Positions 50,686 to 64,000 of a stretch of DNA of 64,000 nt are shown here, piece by piece. The stretch comes from Octopus sinensis (Eukaryota): the NCBI RefSeq assembly GCF_006345805.1, contig NC_043005.1, positions 30,938,001 through 31,002,000 on the forward strand, written 5' to 3'. Position numbers and translations under genes: made by a program. The first letter of the stretch is position 1; each line of letters opens with the position of its first letter. Below the pieces are notes generated by a model. That model did not search any database and was not told the origin of the DNA. It saw nothing but the letters and a program-made list of their open reading frames with translations.

Positions 50686-52497
50686 AGATCATTATTTTTC
50701 TTATCAGAACTCTGTTGGGTTTGTCTTTTCCTTTTGCCAGGCTTCATGGCCTCACTAATGTAAGTTTTCTCACATAAAAGGTATATGGGCATTGTTGTCT
50801 TAGGAAACAAAGGTATAAATCCAAATTTTAATACTCTTATGAATATTGTTTGCACTTGTTATTAGAGCCAGCAGAATTGTTACTGCACCAGGCAAAATGC
50901 TTAGTGGCATTTCATCTGTCATTATGTTCTGAGTCCAAATTCCACCAAGTGCCTTTCATCCTTTTGGAGTTGATGAATTAAGTACCAGTTGTGCACTAAG
51001 GTTAATATAATTGACTTACTCCTTTCCTCAAAAACTACTGCCAATATACTTGAATTTATACAATCATATACCAGCTTGGTAATACCTCTTAATAACAAAA
51101 GGTGTTGATTATCTACTAGTTGTCACTAAACTTAGTTTAGTGACAACTAGTAAATACACAACATGGTAAAACAGCACAGAAAATTACACAGCTAAAATAT
51201 TCAGTACAGCATTACCTTAATCCGGATTTTCATTGTATGCTTTTGTTTTATTCGTATTCTAATAAAAAAAAATTTGCCATGTCAATTTGAGAAAAGTAAA
51301 AAATATTGTGGTTTGAATTTAAATATGCTGTTGCATTTCAATATAGAACATTTATTCTATATTGGCCTTTCAACTCATTTAGGAATGTACTTATAAAATT
51401 ACTGGTGTCTTACCTCGAGGTAGCTCTATGCTCCATCCACTTTATAGCCTAAAACTGAAACTATGCATTTGACTAATAAGTGATGTTTTTTTAATCTTTA
51501 GGATACTCATTGCCAATATTTCATATTAAATGGTCAATACTCTATTGTTTGGCGATAAGGTACACAATTCTACTTGTTTCAGTTGACTTAATTGGATAAT
51601 AGCTAATAAAGGAATCAAGTCAACAAAATAGCTGAAACAAAGGGCTTCCAAACAGTTGCTTCACTTCTTAGAAATAGCAGCCAAATCTTCCTCAAATCAA
51701 ACTCTACTATCATTTAGAAAATGTTCTACTGAGTACACAGTACCTAGAAAATAAAATAGGATGATTGTGGTTGGAAAGCTTTTAATTATATTTTTTTTCA
51801 ATCAACAGCACAATTTTCAAGATCTTTCAATTCTAAGTAAAGTTACTGCTTGTTAGCATTCTATCAAAGAGCTGAGAAGAATATTTGCTTATTACTCATT
51901 TCACTTCAAAATATCAGAGATAAGCTAAGTGATATATTGAGTTACTTTATCATCTATTATATTTAATACTTTGAAAATGTAAAGACATTATTTTCAAATG
52001 TTTATATTTTTGGTTTTGTAGTATTTACATCTACAAATGCATGAGAAGAGTATAAAAAAACCTAGTTGGTAAGATATAGGAAACAAGTTAATACTATGAT
52101 TTACTGATGAAGTCTAATAACTCAAGAGCTTGCCCAAAGTTATAACCCTACTATTGAAAAACGAACACACTCACTGTCTTTATTTATTGTGATGGCAGCT
52201 AGTCACATATATGACAACTTTAACATGAAATACAAACTTTTGTCAACAACACTAATAGTAAATCCTGTTCTATGACACATTCTACCAGTATCCAAAGTGT
52301 TTAGTTACAAAAAATTAATTAATCGATTTGACTACCAGATTGAAAAAATCCCACTCAGATATGTAACCATTATTTTTCATATACGTGTACTTACATAAAT
52401 ATACACACTCATGTATAACCATTATTTAGCTATCCTTCAGTTTGTCAACAAAGATAGAGTTAAATGGGTTGTTCCTGTGTGTGCGTGCTTGTTCTTG

Positions 52498-52954
52498 GGT
52501 ACTACTAGCGAAGACTGGACCCGGTGCGCGCTAGCTAGTCGATCATACAACGACTTGCCCGTATGCAAATGAGTTGTGTTGTAGGTTGGAAGACAAGGGT
52601 GGTGATGGTGGGGTTTTAGTGTAAATAAACAAACAAAACCCTTCATGGAATGCTGTAATATGCTCTCCTCTCTCGCTCAGACATTCTTACACACGTAATG
52701 AACTGTTACCAAAATATCTTCATCATCGATATCAACTTTTCATCTTAAGGATATTGTTTCTTCTTTCTCACATATATATACCTACTATGGATGGTCTAAA
52801 AACTAGTAAAATATATCACACATGATTAAAAACTAAAATATATCACACACATTTTATTTGATGTGTAAAAAAATCATATACATTGTTCAAAGAAATAATT
52901 TATTTACTTTTACGACTAGGTAGCGCGGACCGGGTCGTCTTCGCTAGTAGTACC
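52498..52954. mobile_element. MITE with GGTACTA termini (family of 5330-5531)
   Basis: TIR ggtactactagcgaagac / gtcttcgctagtagtacc, with about 43 bp of imperfect inverted match. Confidence 0.85.
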
Positions 52955-53440
52955 GAAACTATTTACATATTGGAACATACATGCCAAGAATCGTCAAATG
53001 TTTAATTCAGATAGAATCGAATGAAGGAAAATCACCAACTAGCGCCAAACTATTCTTACGTCTGCGCAGAAAGTCCAGACAACATACGGCTCTCGCCGTT
53101 CAACCCGGACCCGCTTAGACTCGGTCCAGATCCTATTTTCCAATTTCAAACAACGGTGGGGATTGCGTTGAGAGGAAGAATCCCTTCCGCCAACTTGCTT
53201 TTCTGACAGCAACCAACAATAGTTACCTATTTATATTCTGCAGTCCATAACCTCGTTACAGCTCGCCTCCACGTCGCGTAAGCTATTCTAACAAAATATA
53301 GGCTACGGTGAAAAAGATAACAACCGTAAATGAAACGATCATGCGACAATTTTAATGCTTTCACTTACTTCCATATTGTTAGGCTAAACATTCAAAAGCA
53401 TATCAATAATAAAAGAGGTGACTCAAAGTAAGATATAAAT

Positions 53441-53456
53441 GGCCCTGAAAAGGGCC
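53441..53456 (-). promoter_or_regulatory. Histone 3' stem-loop of H4
   Basis: GGCCCTTTTCAGGGCC on the minus strand, 30 nt after the stop. Confidence 0.95.
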
Positions 53457-53486
53457 GGTGTGTGATGAAGCTTAAGAATCTTGAGC

Positions 53487-54500
<1,014 letters not shown>

Positions 54501-54522
54501 GTTGCTTTTAGCATTGTAGAAT

Positions 54523-54538
54523 GGCCCTTTTTAGGGCC
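54523..54538 (+). promoter_or_regulatory. Histone 3' stem-loop of H3
   Basis: GGCCCT-TTTT-AGGGCC. Confidence 0.92.
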
Positions 54539-55581
54539 CCTATATTATATCGAAGGTCCCCTCGCTTGATATGCTTTTCGCTTAGTTGCATTTTTCAGGT
54601 TTCTGCTGTCTTTATACTTTATTGCCTTGCTTAAACGAATGAGACCCAAGCTGTGATGGTCAATCCTCTTGGGTACACGTATGTGGTCGTTTTGATTTGC
54701 GTTCATTTTGTGTGTGTATTAGAGAAGTTCTTATCTTACACTGGAGCGCGATATTTTGATGTTATCACGAAGTCGTACGTTTGGGTTTTAATGGGCAAAG
54801 TTCGTTGTTTATCAGTTCCTTTCGTTACGTCTATGTATAAAGAAATAGGTTTTAAGAAGTTAACTCTATTTGAAATATCTTGCGTGTTTTGACTGAGTTC
54901 GGACTGAATTAATCCCTGAGAATTTTGGGTGAGGGGTTGGTCGATTACATTAACCCCGGTACTCAACTGCTACTTATTCTATTGACCCTGAAAGGTTGAA
55001 AGCCAAGACCTGCCGTGGCGGAATTTGAACTTCGAATGTGAAAAGGTGGCAGAATAATTAGCGTGATGGGTAATATGCTTAGTGGCATGTCTGTCTTAAA
55101 TTGATTTTAAGGTTTTTTATCAATCTTGAATCGTCTCAAAATGAGGTTTATAAATGCCGTGCGTAAGGCAGGATTCTCCCGCATAACCGACTTTAAACAA
55201 CCCGTTTCCATTTCCCCATTACAATCTTAGTTTTTTTTTTCTCTTAAGTCTACTGTCCACTGAACATTAGTGAAGTGGTTACATGAATATTACTCCCTAA
55301 TATACATACTGTATTGTAGTAGGTAATCGGTCACCGTGTAATACTCTTTGAATTGAGCATTGTTTGCGTAGAGGTTGTCAGAACTCAGTTTAATAAAATT
55401 ATAACCGTTACATCGTTCTGTTCCTGTCATTTTCCCGTTATATGCTTTTTTTTTGTCAGTTTGGAAACAGTTGGTCTGATAAAATTTGAAAGTGAATTGC
55501 TCGTGTTTAAAAGGGGACCGTTATTTGAAAATTTTTGTGACCGTCAACACAATATTAATTACCGTATGTACATACGGTACA

Positions 55582-55832
55582 TGTGCTTAAATTTTCATTT
55601 CAATTAAATCAAATCTGCAGTCCTGAATCTGATAAAAATCGCTGTCAATATCACCTATCTATAGAGAAAAAGTATTCACTTCTAATAGGCGGATTCTTCA
55701 GAGCAATGTACTTAAACTTTCATTTCAATTAAATCAAATCAGCAGTCCTGAATCTGATAAAAATCGCTGTCAATATCACCTATCTAAAGAAAAAGAAAAT
55801 ATTCACTTCTAATAGGCGATTCTTCAGAGCAA
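55582..55832. repeat. 125-bp tandem duplication in the H3-H2A spacer
   Basis: cttaaa.tttcatttcaattaaatcaaatc...ttcttcagagcaa occurs twice. It is single-copy in the inverted spacer at about 60.6-60.7 kb. Confidence 0.88.
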
Positions 55833-56886
55833 ATAGTATCCCGCCCCGAAAGAACATCTTTGGCTATTAATGAAACGTTTCCATTTTAGAAAGTAAGTAT
55901 TTAAATGCCTAATAGTTTAGAAACCTTTTAGAACCGTTTCTTATATTTATTCTTTTACTTATTTGACTGCGGCCGTGCCAGAGCACTACCTCAAAGAAAT
56001 CGACACCAAGTTTTTCAATGTAAGCCTATCGTCTCCTTTTGCCGAACGGGGTGCCAATATACGACTGGTTTCTATCAGTTCCGTCCACCAAATCCATTCA
56101 AGGGATATAGAAGTCATTGAAAAATACCAGCTACCGATATTAAATTTTCTAAATTTGTTGAATCTAAGATTCGTTATATTTTCAGTCTGGCTATTATTTT
56201 AACAATAACTTTATTAGTGATGCTAAATATAATAGGAGGTTGATTTATTCAAATAACAGGCGGGGGTTTTCAGTTGCGCAACAAACGTCGTTCACTCCGC
56301 GGTGTTACGGTAGGAACTCGTTGAGGGGGCGAGCCTTCTTGTATTCATCTCAGGAAGAAAACAGCAGCAGTAGGCGGCTGTAATAAATCAGCGGGTTTAT
56401 TTTGACTGGAAATGATTTAAAGCAGTTTTATGATTTTAAAAAGAAGCAGTGAACAGCCATTTCTGTATAAAAAAATAAAATAGGGTCCCTAGCACATCGC
56501 ACGACCACCTGATACCTTCCTCGTTATTTTCTCACTGTAGTTTTCCAATATCTTAAAATTTACAACCCGCTCCTTCGTCGCTGCGGGTTGTCGAACATGC
56601 AAATTGAAATTAAATAGACAAAGGATTTGCATCTTACTAGGTTGCCTCAATTTCAAACTTTAAACTTTCTCATTTATTCACCTATACCTTATCTCTCTAC
56701 ACAAAATTATCGAAACGTAGGAGTGACACTTGAAAACTTAGGGGAAGGGTAGATTGAGATGGACAATATAAATTTTTGGGGAAAAAAAAAGCTTTAAAAC
56801 TTAATTGGGGAGATGAATTAGAAAGGATTCAAAAGACAAAAATCGCAAACAAGAAGCCGAAAGAAAACAATACGCAAAGTGTGAGT

Positions 56887-56902
56887 GGCCCTGAAAAGGA
56901 CC
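56887..56902 (-). promoter_or_regulatory. Histone 3' stem-loop of H2A
   Basis: GGTCCTTTTCAGGGCC on the minus strand. Confidence 0.93.
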
Positions 56903-56946
56903 GTTGATACGATAAAGCACAAATGCCTCAGTAATAAGTAAGTAAT

Positions 56947-57324
56947 TTACTTGGCTGCCTTCTGAGTCTTCTTGGGGAGAAGGACAGCTTGGATGTTGGG
57001 AAGAACACCACCCTGGGCGATGGTCACTCCAGACAAAAGTTTGTTCAATTCTTCGTCGTTACGGATGGCCAACTGCAAGTGACGGGGAATAATTCTCGAT
57101 TTCTTGTTGTCTCTGGCAGCATTTCCTGCCAATTCCAACACCTCAGCAGCCAAATATTCCATTACAGCGGCCAAGTAGACTGGGGCTCCGGCACCAACAC
57201 GTTGAGCATAGTTTCCCTTACGGAGAAGACGATGGATACGACCGACGGGGAACTGAAGCCCGGCGCGGGATGAACGGGTCTTGCTCTTTCCCTTTACTTT
57301 ACCTCCTTTACCACGTCCAGACAT
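56947..57324 (-). CDS. H2A: Histone H2A
   Basis: [29 protein letters not shown]...[11 protein letters not shown]. The true ATG is at 57324. Confidence 0.99.
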   Translation of the reverse strand: MSGRGKGGKVKGKSKTRSSRAGLQFPVGRIHRLLRKGNYAQRVGAGAPVYLAAVMEYLAAEVLELAGNAARDNKKSRIIPRHLQLAIRNDEELNKLLSGVTIAQGGVLPNIQAVLLPKKTQKAAK

Positions 57325-57590
57325 ATTCAAAGATTGACAGTAGCGTTCAGCAAAATACTCCAAATAATACTTTTTTGAGCTTCTTTTGCCTTTAAATACA
57401 AGTTAGGAGGCTCCAGCAGTCACAAGCTGCTAAGCGAAAACGAGCGCGGGATCATGTCACGTGATTAGGCTGCTGTCAAAATCCACCAATGAAATTGAAA
57501 GGCGCGCAATGTCAGCTAGTTGCTCCGCTGAGCCTACTTGTCAATTATAAATAGAGTAGGCAAGCAGTTTGACCGTATGTAACTGACATT
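57325..57590. promoter_or_regulatory. Bidirectional H2A/H2B promoter
   Basis: TATTTAAA (minus, about 57390), CACGTG at about 57457, CCAAT at about 57486, TATAAATA at about 57547. Confidence 0.8.
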
Positions 57591-57968
57591 ATGCCACCAA
57601 CACCAGCAACTGCTTCGAAAGGAGCCAAGAAGGCTTCCAAGGCTAAGGCCTCTCGCCCTACCGGCGACAAGAAGCGAAAGAAGAAGAGGAAGGAAAGTTA
57701 TTCCATCTACATCTACAAAGTAATGAAACAAGTCCACCCCGACACTGGCATCTCCAGCAAAGCTATGTCCATCATGAACAGTTTTGTCAACGATCTGTTC
57801 GAAAGAATAGCCTCTGAATCTAGCCGTTTGGCTCACTACAACAAACGTTCAACCATCAGTAGCCGTGAGGTTCAGACTGCTGTCCGTCTTCTCCTCCCTG
57901 GTGAGTTGGCCAAGCACGCAGTCTCTGAGGGTACCAAGGCTGTCACCAAGTACACTAGCAGCAAGTAA
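57591..57968 (+). CDS. H2B: Histone H2B
   Basis: ...[34 protein letters not shown]...[10 protein letters not shown]. Confidence 0.99.
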   Translation: MPPTPATASKGAKKASKAKASRPTGDKKRKKKRKESYSIYIYKVMKQVHPDTGISSKAMSIMNSFVNDLFERIASESSRLAHYNKRSTISSREVQTAVRLLLPGELAKHAVSEGTKAVTKYTSSK

Positions 57969-57994
57969 ATCTTAGTCTTTGCTCTGCGAATAAC

Positions 57995-58010
57995 GGTCCT
58001 TTTCAGGACC
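57995..58010 (+). promoter_or_regulatory. Histone 3' stem-loop of H2B
   Basis: GGTCCTTTTCAGGACC. Confidence 0.95.
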
Positions 58011-58243
58011 ACCTATGTTCTCATGATTGTTACTTTCGACTTTCTATTGATTTGCGTTTGTATTTGTAAAGTGTCTTAACGTTACCTAAAACTGTATTTA
58101 TAGCAGAATTCTCCCTGGCGTCCAGGTGTATTTCATGCAAAACTGGTTCTTTCTAAGGATATTTTGGTTTGGCTATGTCTGATTTTATTGAAGTTGGCAC
58201 TGTCATGCTTTTATGTAAAAATGTTAGGCACGCACTTTATCTC

Positions 58244-58315
58244 GGCACTACTAGCGAACAGTGCGCACTGGCTAGTCGTAAGTAGTCGGTCCTACAACGA
58301 CTTGCGCGTATACAT
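58244..58315 (+). mobile_element. Solo left end of a GG(T/C)ACTA-family MITE
   Basis: ggcactactagcgaa...gtgcgc...gctagtcg...tacaacgacttgc matches 52498-52570. Confidence 0.65.
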
Positions 58316-58698
58316 GTTTGTATTTCAACGCTGAGTACATATCAGAAAATGGTTTTTTTTATATTTTTCAAACAAAGTAAGTAATTTAAAAAGAAGTTTT
58401 TTAACCCTAAACGTAACCTTAGTTGTTTATAAAAAATAATTTATTTACTTAGTTAAAAAACTTATTTACTTTGTTCAAAATTTGTGTAAAATAAATGAGG
58501 GATTCAGCCTGTTTCTGACACCACCTTAACAACTCTTCTTTTAGGCACATTCTATAGCACCCTCGTCCTACAAGGTCTTTGGGTCAATGTATCACTCGGG
58601 AACAATAGAAAAATTAACCAGCCTGGTGTGGGGAATATGCATGCACGCTGGCGACCCTCTGGGTGGGGAGGAGACTTTCGGAAATTCACATGATCCGG

Positions 58699-59058
58699 GG
58701 ATATATATTGATTTTTCTCTAAGGAATCCCGTGTTTTTGGTTACGGAGGATCCGATTCTGAAAAAGCATTTTCAACCCCACCCATCACTTCATTTTTCAC
58801 TTTATCCGGATTTTTTAGAAAATATTTTGCGAAATACGTAGAAAATGAATTATTTGCAATATTTCAAGAAAAAAGAGTATATATACCCTCAGGCCTTCAA
58901 GCAGACTGCTCACTTGCTAGAAATAACAGCTAAATTTCACAAAACTGCGGTAACATAAATGAAATTTCGAAAATGCGATTTTTGAAAATTTTTTCGGAAT
59001 CGGATCCTCCGTAACCAAAAACGTGGGATTCCGTAGCAAAAAAAATCAATATATATCC
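58699..59058. mobile_element. MITE-like element with about 67-bp imperfect inverted arms
   Basis: ggatatatattgatttt...tttttggttacggaggatccgatt mirrored at 58992-59058. Confidence 0.75.
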
Positions 59059-59489
59059 ATTTTACCCGGAGTTAAAAATTTTCTTTTGTAACATCGTATA
59101 GAGACAAAATCACACGTTAGCACTCAGGCGAAATGATTAGCAACATTTTATCCATCTTAACGTTTTGAACTCAACCGAGGTCGACTTTAGTATTCATCCT
59201 TTCAAGGTCGATGTGATCGATGAGCCCCCTTCCTACAAAATTTCAGGCCTTGTGAAAAAAAAAAATATTTCTAACAAGCTATTAATTTTTGGATATAGGA
59301 TCCACAGTAGCCGACTGGTAGGCTAAGTCGATTTAATACGATGTAACTAATGGCTGCATTTTAAACTCTTGATAGTTTGGGTGTAAAATTTATGAGCAAC
59401 TGGTAAATATTGAGATTTGCGCTCCTTTCACTTGCTTTTGTTTACCATTTCCGGGGCTACAAGTTGATGCAACAGATGACGATTATTTT

Positions 59490-59747
59490 AATCTGGCGCC
59501 TTGTGATTTCATTGGTTAAAATTCAAAAGTCAAGTGACATGGATGCCTAATTAGCAACTACTACGTCATGGAGCCGACTAAAGCTTATTTAAAGGTAAAA
59601 TAAATATAACCAGCTAAATTTGCTGTTCGCTGCATAATCTGCAACCAATTTGAATAAATTTTAATAAACTGACCGTGGTAAAGGAGGTAAAGTAAAGGGA
59701 AAGAGCAAGACCCGCTCATCCCGTGCCGGTCTTCAGTTCCCCGTCGG
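59490..59747 (+). pseudogene. H2A: H2A pseudogene stub with a diverged H2A/H2B promoter remnant
   Basis: 59674-59747 encodes [25 protein letters not shown] with no ATG. Upstream gcgcctt..atttcattggt, gtgacatg and tatttaaagg.aaaa match the inverted 57330-57520 promoter. Confidence 0.85.
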
Positions 59748-61898
59748 GGATTGTTATTTTTTCTTTATATGCATGTAATAAGTGGAAACCCGATTCAGTG
59801 GACTTGATTTGGTAGCAATTTAAATTTTGAGTAGGTGTTCAAAAATAATACATTACATACTATCAGCTTCTTTTGTCAGTTTGAATATTATTTGCGTATA
59901 AAATGGGACCGTTATTTGAAAATTTGATTCTGATCGTCAACGCAAACATTGTACACGTTTTCATTATAATTAAGTCTACTGTCCATTGAACCTGCTAGAA
60001 ATAGCAGTCAAAATCAACGCATCTAAAGAAAAAATTCCCCTAACAACTGATTCGTCAAAGCAAATCATATCCCGCTCCGAAAGAGAAAATCTTAGCCTAC
60101 TAACGAAACGTTTTAGAAATAAACGTTTATTTAAATATCCAAGTGTACTTTAACCTCAACATAGCTTTTAAATTTAAATAGGAACAGGCATGGCTGTGAG
60201 TTAAAAAGCTTGCTTTTCAACCACATGTGTCTGGCACCTTGGGCAAGTGTCTTCTATATCCCTTGAGTGGATTTGGTAGAAGGAAACTGATAGAAACCCG
60301 TCGTATATGTGTCTGTTCCCCGCCACCATCGCTTAGCAGCCGATATTAGTGTTTACGTTCCCCGTTCGGCAAAAGTTGACGATAGAATAAGTACCAGGCT
60401 TACATTGAAAGTCCTGGGGTCAATTTCTTTGAGGTAGTGCTCTAGGATGGCCGCAGTCAAATAATAAGTAAAAGAATAAATATAAGAAACGGTTTTAAAG
60501 TTTTTTGAAGATAAAGTAAACTATTAGGCATTTAAATACTTATTTTCTAAAATGGAAACGTTTCATTAATAGCCAAAGATGTTCTCTTTCGGGGCGGGAT
60601 ACTATTTGCTCTGAAGAATCGCCTATTAGAAGTGAATATTTTCTTTTTCTTTAGATAGGTGATATTGACAGCGATTTTTATCAGATTCAGGACTGCAGAT
60701 TTGATTAATTGAAATGAAAATTTAAGTACATGTACCGTATTTCTATATGGTAATATTGCGTTGACGGTCAGAAAAATTTTCAAATAACGGTCCCCTTTTA
60801 TACACAAGCAATTCATTTACAAATTTTATCAGACCAACTGTTTTCAAACTGACAAAAAAATAAAAAAACGTACGTAACGGGAAAATGACAGGAACAGAAC
60901 GATGTACGGTTATAATTTTATTAAACTGAGTTTTGACAACCACTACGCAAACAATGCTCAATTCAAAGAGTACTACACGGTGACTGAGTACTTACTACAA
61001 TACAGTATGTATATTAGGGAGTAATATTTATGTAACCTCTTCAGTGGACAGTAGGCTCAAGAGAAGAAAAAAAAACTTATATTGTAATGGGAAAATGGAA
61101 ACGGGTTGTTTAATAGAACTTTTACAAAATGTTTACCCGAGTCTTTTCCATCCCCAATAAGGTCGGTTACGCACGGCATTTATAAACCTCTTTTTGAGAG
61201 GATTCAAGATTGAAAAAAATAAACTTTAAAATCAATTTACGAAGTCTGGATTAGGGGCATTTTAAAAGTCCGAATTGTTTGCTTAAATCCCAGCAATGTG
61301 TTGAAAGATTGAAACAAATAAGAATATGAGACATGCTAAAAATAACAGCTAAAAACCCTTAAATAGTGCAAATTTTATTTTGGTCCTTGCATCGTATGAA
61401 TTCCTGCGTAGAATACACATTCGCAAAACTTTTTGAAAATTCCAAATTGAGGGGTTATATGCAGTGCATAAAGCAAGATTCAGTCCGAATTTCTAATTCA
61501 GTTAAGATACACAATATATTTCAAATACAGAGTAAACTTCTTAAAACCTTTTTCTTTATACATAGACGTAACGAAAGAAACTGAGATATATCGAAATTTG
61601 CCCATTAAAATCTAAACGTACGACTTCGTGATAACATCAAAATATCGCGCTCCAGTGTAAGATAAGGACTAAGGAACTTCTCTAATACACATAAAAAGCA
61701 GTTACACTCACAAAATGAATGTTAATCAAAACGACCTTAAGACGACTACATACGTGTACCTAAGAGGATTGACCATCACCGTTCGGGTTCCATTCGTTTA
61801 TGCAAGGTAGTACATTAAGTATAAAGACAGCAGAAACCTGAAAAAATGTAACTAAGCGAAAAGCATATCAACCGAGGGGACTTTCGATATAATATAGG

Positions 61899-61914
61899 GG
61901 CCCTAAAAAGGGCC
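61899..61914 (-). promoter_or_regulatory. Histone 3' stem-loop of the second H3
   Basis: Identical to 54523-54538 in reverse complement. Confidence 0.92.
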
Positions 61915-61936
61915 ATTCTACAATGCTAAAAGCAAC

Positions 61937-62356
<420 letters not shown>

Positions 62357-62372
62357 TCAGCGAACGGAGAAT

Positions 62373-64000
62373 GAATAAATTTCTTTATTACCCATAAGGG
62401 GTTTCACAGATGGGGACAATACAATGATTTGGGGTCATGTGGATGAAATGGAATTATTTACAGTGAAATCGAATGAATTATTTATAATGAAATCGAATGA
62501 GTTACAAGAACAAACGAACAAAAATGGACATATGAAGTCAAAAGAACAGGATAGCTGACCCCACAAGCCCTGTTATTTTAACTGAAACCTTTGGTAAGTT
62601 CATGGCGTGTTCATGCAAGGCCTTTCACACCTAGCATCCGTGCAACACGCATCCATCTTTTTTTGAATACGCGCTCTGACAGACACATTTTCTCCAGCCC
62701 CACCTTTCTTTTCAGATGGAACTCGAAAAAGTTCGTTAGGGCGGTGCCAGAGATCATGGTGTCTGTCATTATACCTTTCACTCTAGTCTTCCATATAACC
62801 CCTTTCGCAACTGCTACTATCACGAGAAAGCAATGCTTACCTTCGTTCGTCATGAAACCAGGCGGGTCGATTTTTAAGATTGACTCAGACGACCGCTGTA
62901 CTCTTCTTCCGTCCAACAATAGGTGTTCGGCATAAGCCCACACGTCTGAAATATCCGGACACTGACCAATAGCGTGCAGGATTGTTTCCACGTCTCGCTC
63001 GCATTTTGGACAGACCGATGGTCTTCTGTGACCATGTCTTGTGAGTTTATCTCGAACGGGTAAGGCTCTTCTGTAACATTGCCAGGCCAAGGACTTCTGA
63101 AGATTATCCAGTGTCCCTGGTCCGAATGTCCTTTGGAACAGGCTGTCTAACTGATTACCATCGAGACCCAGGGTCCTTCCCAGGGTATCATCATTTCCGG
63201 CCTCTACCAACCTGCTATAGAACGCTGCAGTGGTACCAAAGCCGCCGGCATTGCCCGAGCTGCGGAAGCGTAAGAGAGCTCTACGGCACTCCGAATACCA
63301 CATACTTAATCTTAGTCTGCGACGGAACCAGGTTTCTCTACCACCAAAACTGGCTAAGCTGGGGAACAACTGTTTTGCGAGCGGGGACCACACCTGTTCA
63401 CCTTCCAGGTAGAGCCAAAGATGCCTCAACCTCAGTGCATGCTTGCGCATCAACAGCTAAGGCATCTCTAACCCACCCTTTAACGGCTTTTGACAACAAA
63501 TAGAACGTCTCACAAGAGGAGTGGAACCCTTCCACAAAAAGCGAAAGATTTGCCTCTCCATCTTGCTCAACCACGAATCCGGACAAGGGACGACGGTTAG
63601 GCGGTATATGATGACCGATGCCATGAACACATTGGCCACCTTCGCCTCCCTTTCAAGGATAGCCACCGCCAAGACCAAGTCTTGACCACGTGAGCCACCT
63701 TGCTCGCGACCTCATACCAGTTCTTTTCTATCTGGAGACCTGGACCAAACCAGATCCCTAGCAATTTAACCGGGCCCTCTGTCCAGCATCCCATGATGCT
63801 ATTCGAAGGCATCGACTTGCCAACCCAGGTGCAGAGTTGCAAGCCGACTGACTTTTCCCGGTTGATTTTTGCTCCTGTCACCGTCTCGTACTCCTTGATG
63901 TTGTCTCCTACATTCTGTAGGAGTTCCACCTTGGTCACGATGTTGGTGATGTCGTCCGCATACGCTGTAACAGATCCTCCTCCTGGATTCGTCGGGATGA
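62373..64000 (-). mobile_element. Tx1-like (L1 clade) non-LTR retrotransposon, 3' portion, continuing beyond the window
   Basis: YADD at about 63951-63962, then KINREKS, KLLGIWF, LSLKG, LWKG, KGGL.MP, zf-RVT-like WQCYRRALPVRDKL and CPKC..H..C knuckle. One frameshift (about 63648), one TAG (63457-63459), stop at 62611, AATAAA at 62384-62389. Confidence 0.92.

Noticed and set aside
51330-51385. Hairpin with internal loop as an H/ACA snoRNA
   Set aside because: Single hairpin, and the ACA spacing from the pocket is about 7 nt rather than 14-16.
52675-52732. Minus-strand ATGATGA...CTGA as a C/D snoRNA
   Set aside because: Only about 53 nt, poor terminal stem, no recognisable rRNA guide, and lies inside a MITE.

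Overview
AT-rich, microsatellite- and SINE-dense animal genomic DNA, most consistent with an octopus (inferred from the repeat families). The left two thirds hold one 16-exon IWS1/SPN1 gene (+ strand, CDS 3803-45215, about 854 aa, every splice phase checked by hand). Its introns contain RTE LINE/SINE copies, Penelope-like fragments, a Helitron, foldback MITEs and a hAT-like transposase fossil, and two hammerhead ribozyme motifs lie just upstream. At 53.4-58.0 kb is a replication-dependent histone quartet (H4<- ->H3 ... H2A<- ->H2B, all with 3' stem-loops, no H1). It is followed by a decayed mirror-image unit (H2A/H2B promoter remnant, H2A stub, spacer, H3 with two substitutions). The strongest leads are: (1) a Tx1-like LINE whose 3' end sits at the predicted transcription start of the second H3, possibly a histone-gene-targeting retrotransposon; (2) a U-rich motif shared 28-37 nt downstream of the stem-loop of all four core histone genes, where no purine-rich HDE is visible; (3) a SINE chimera apparently copied from the IWS1 3' flank into the histone spacer.
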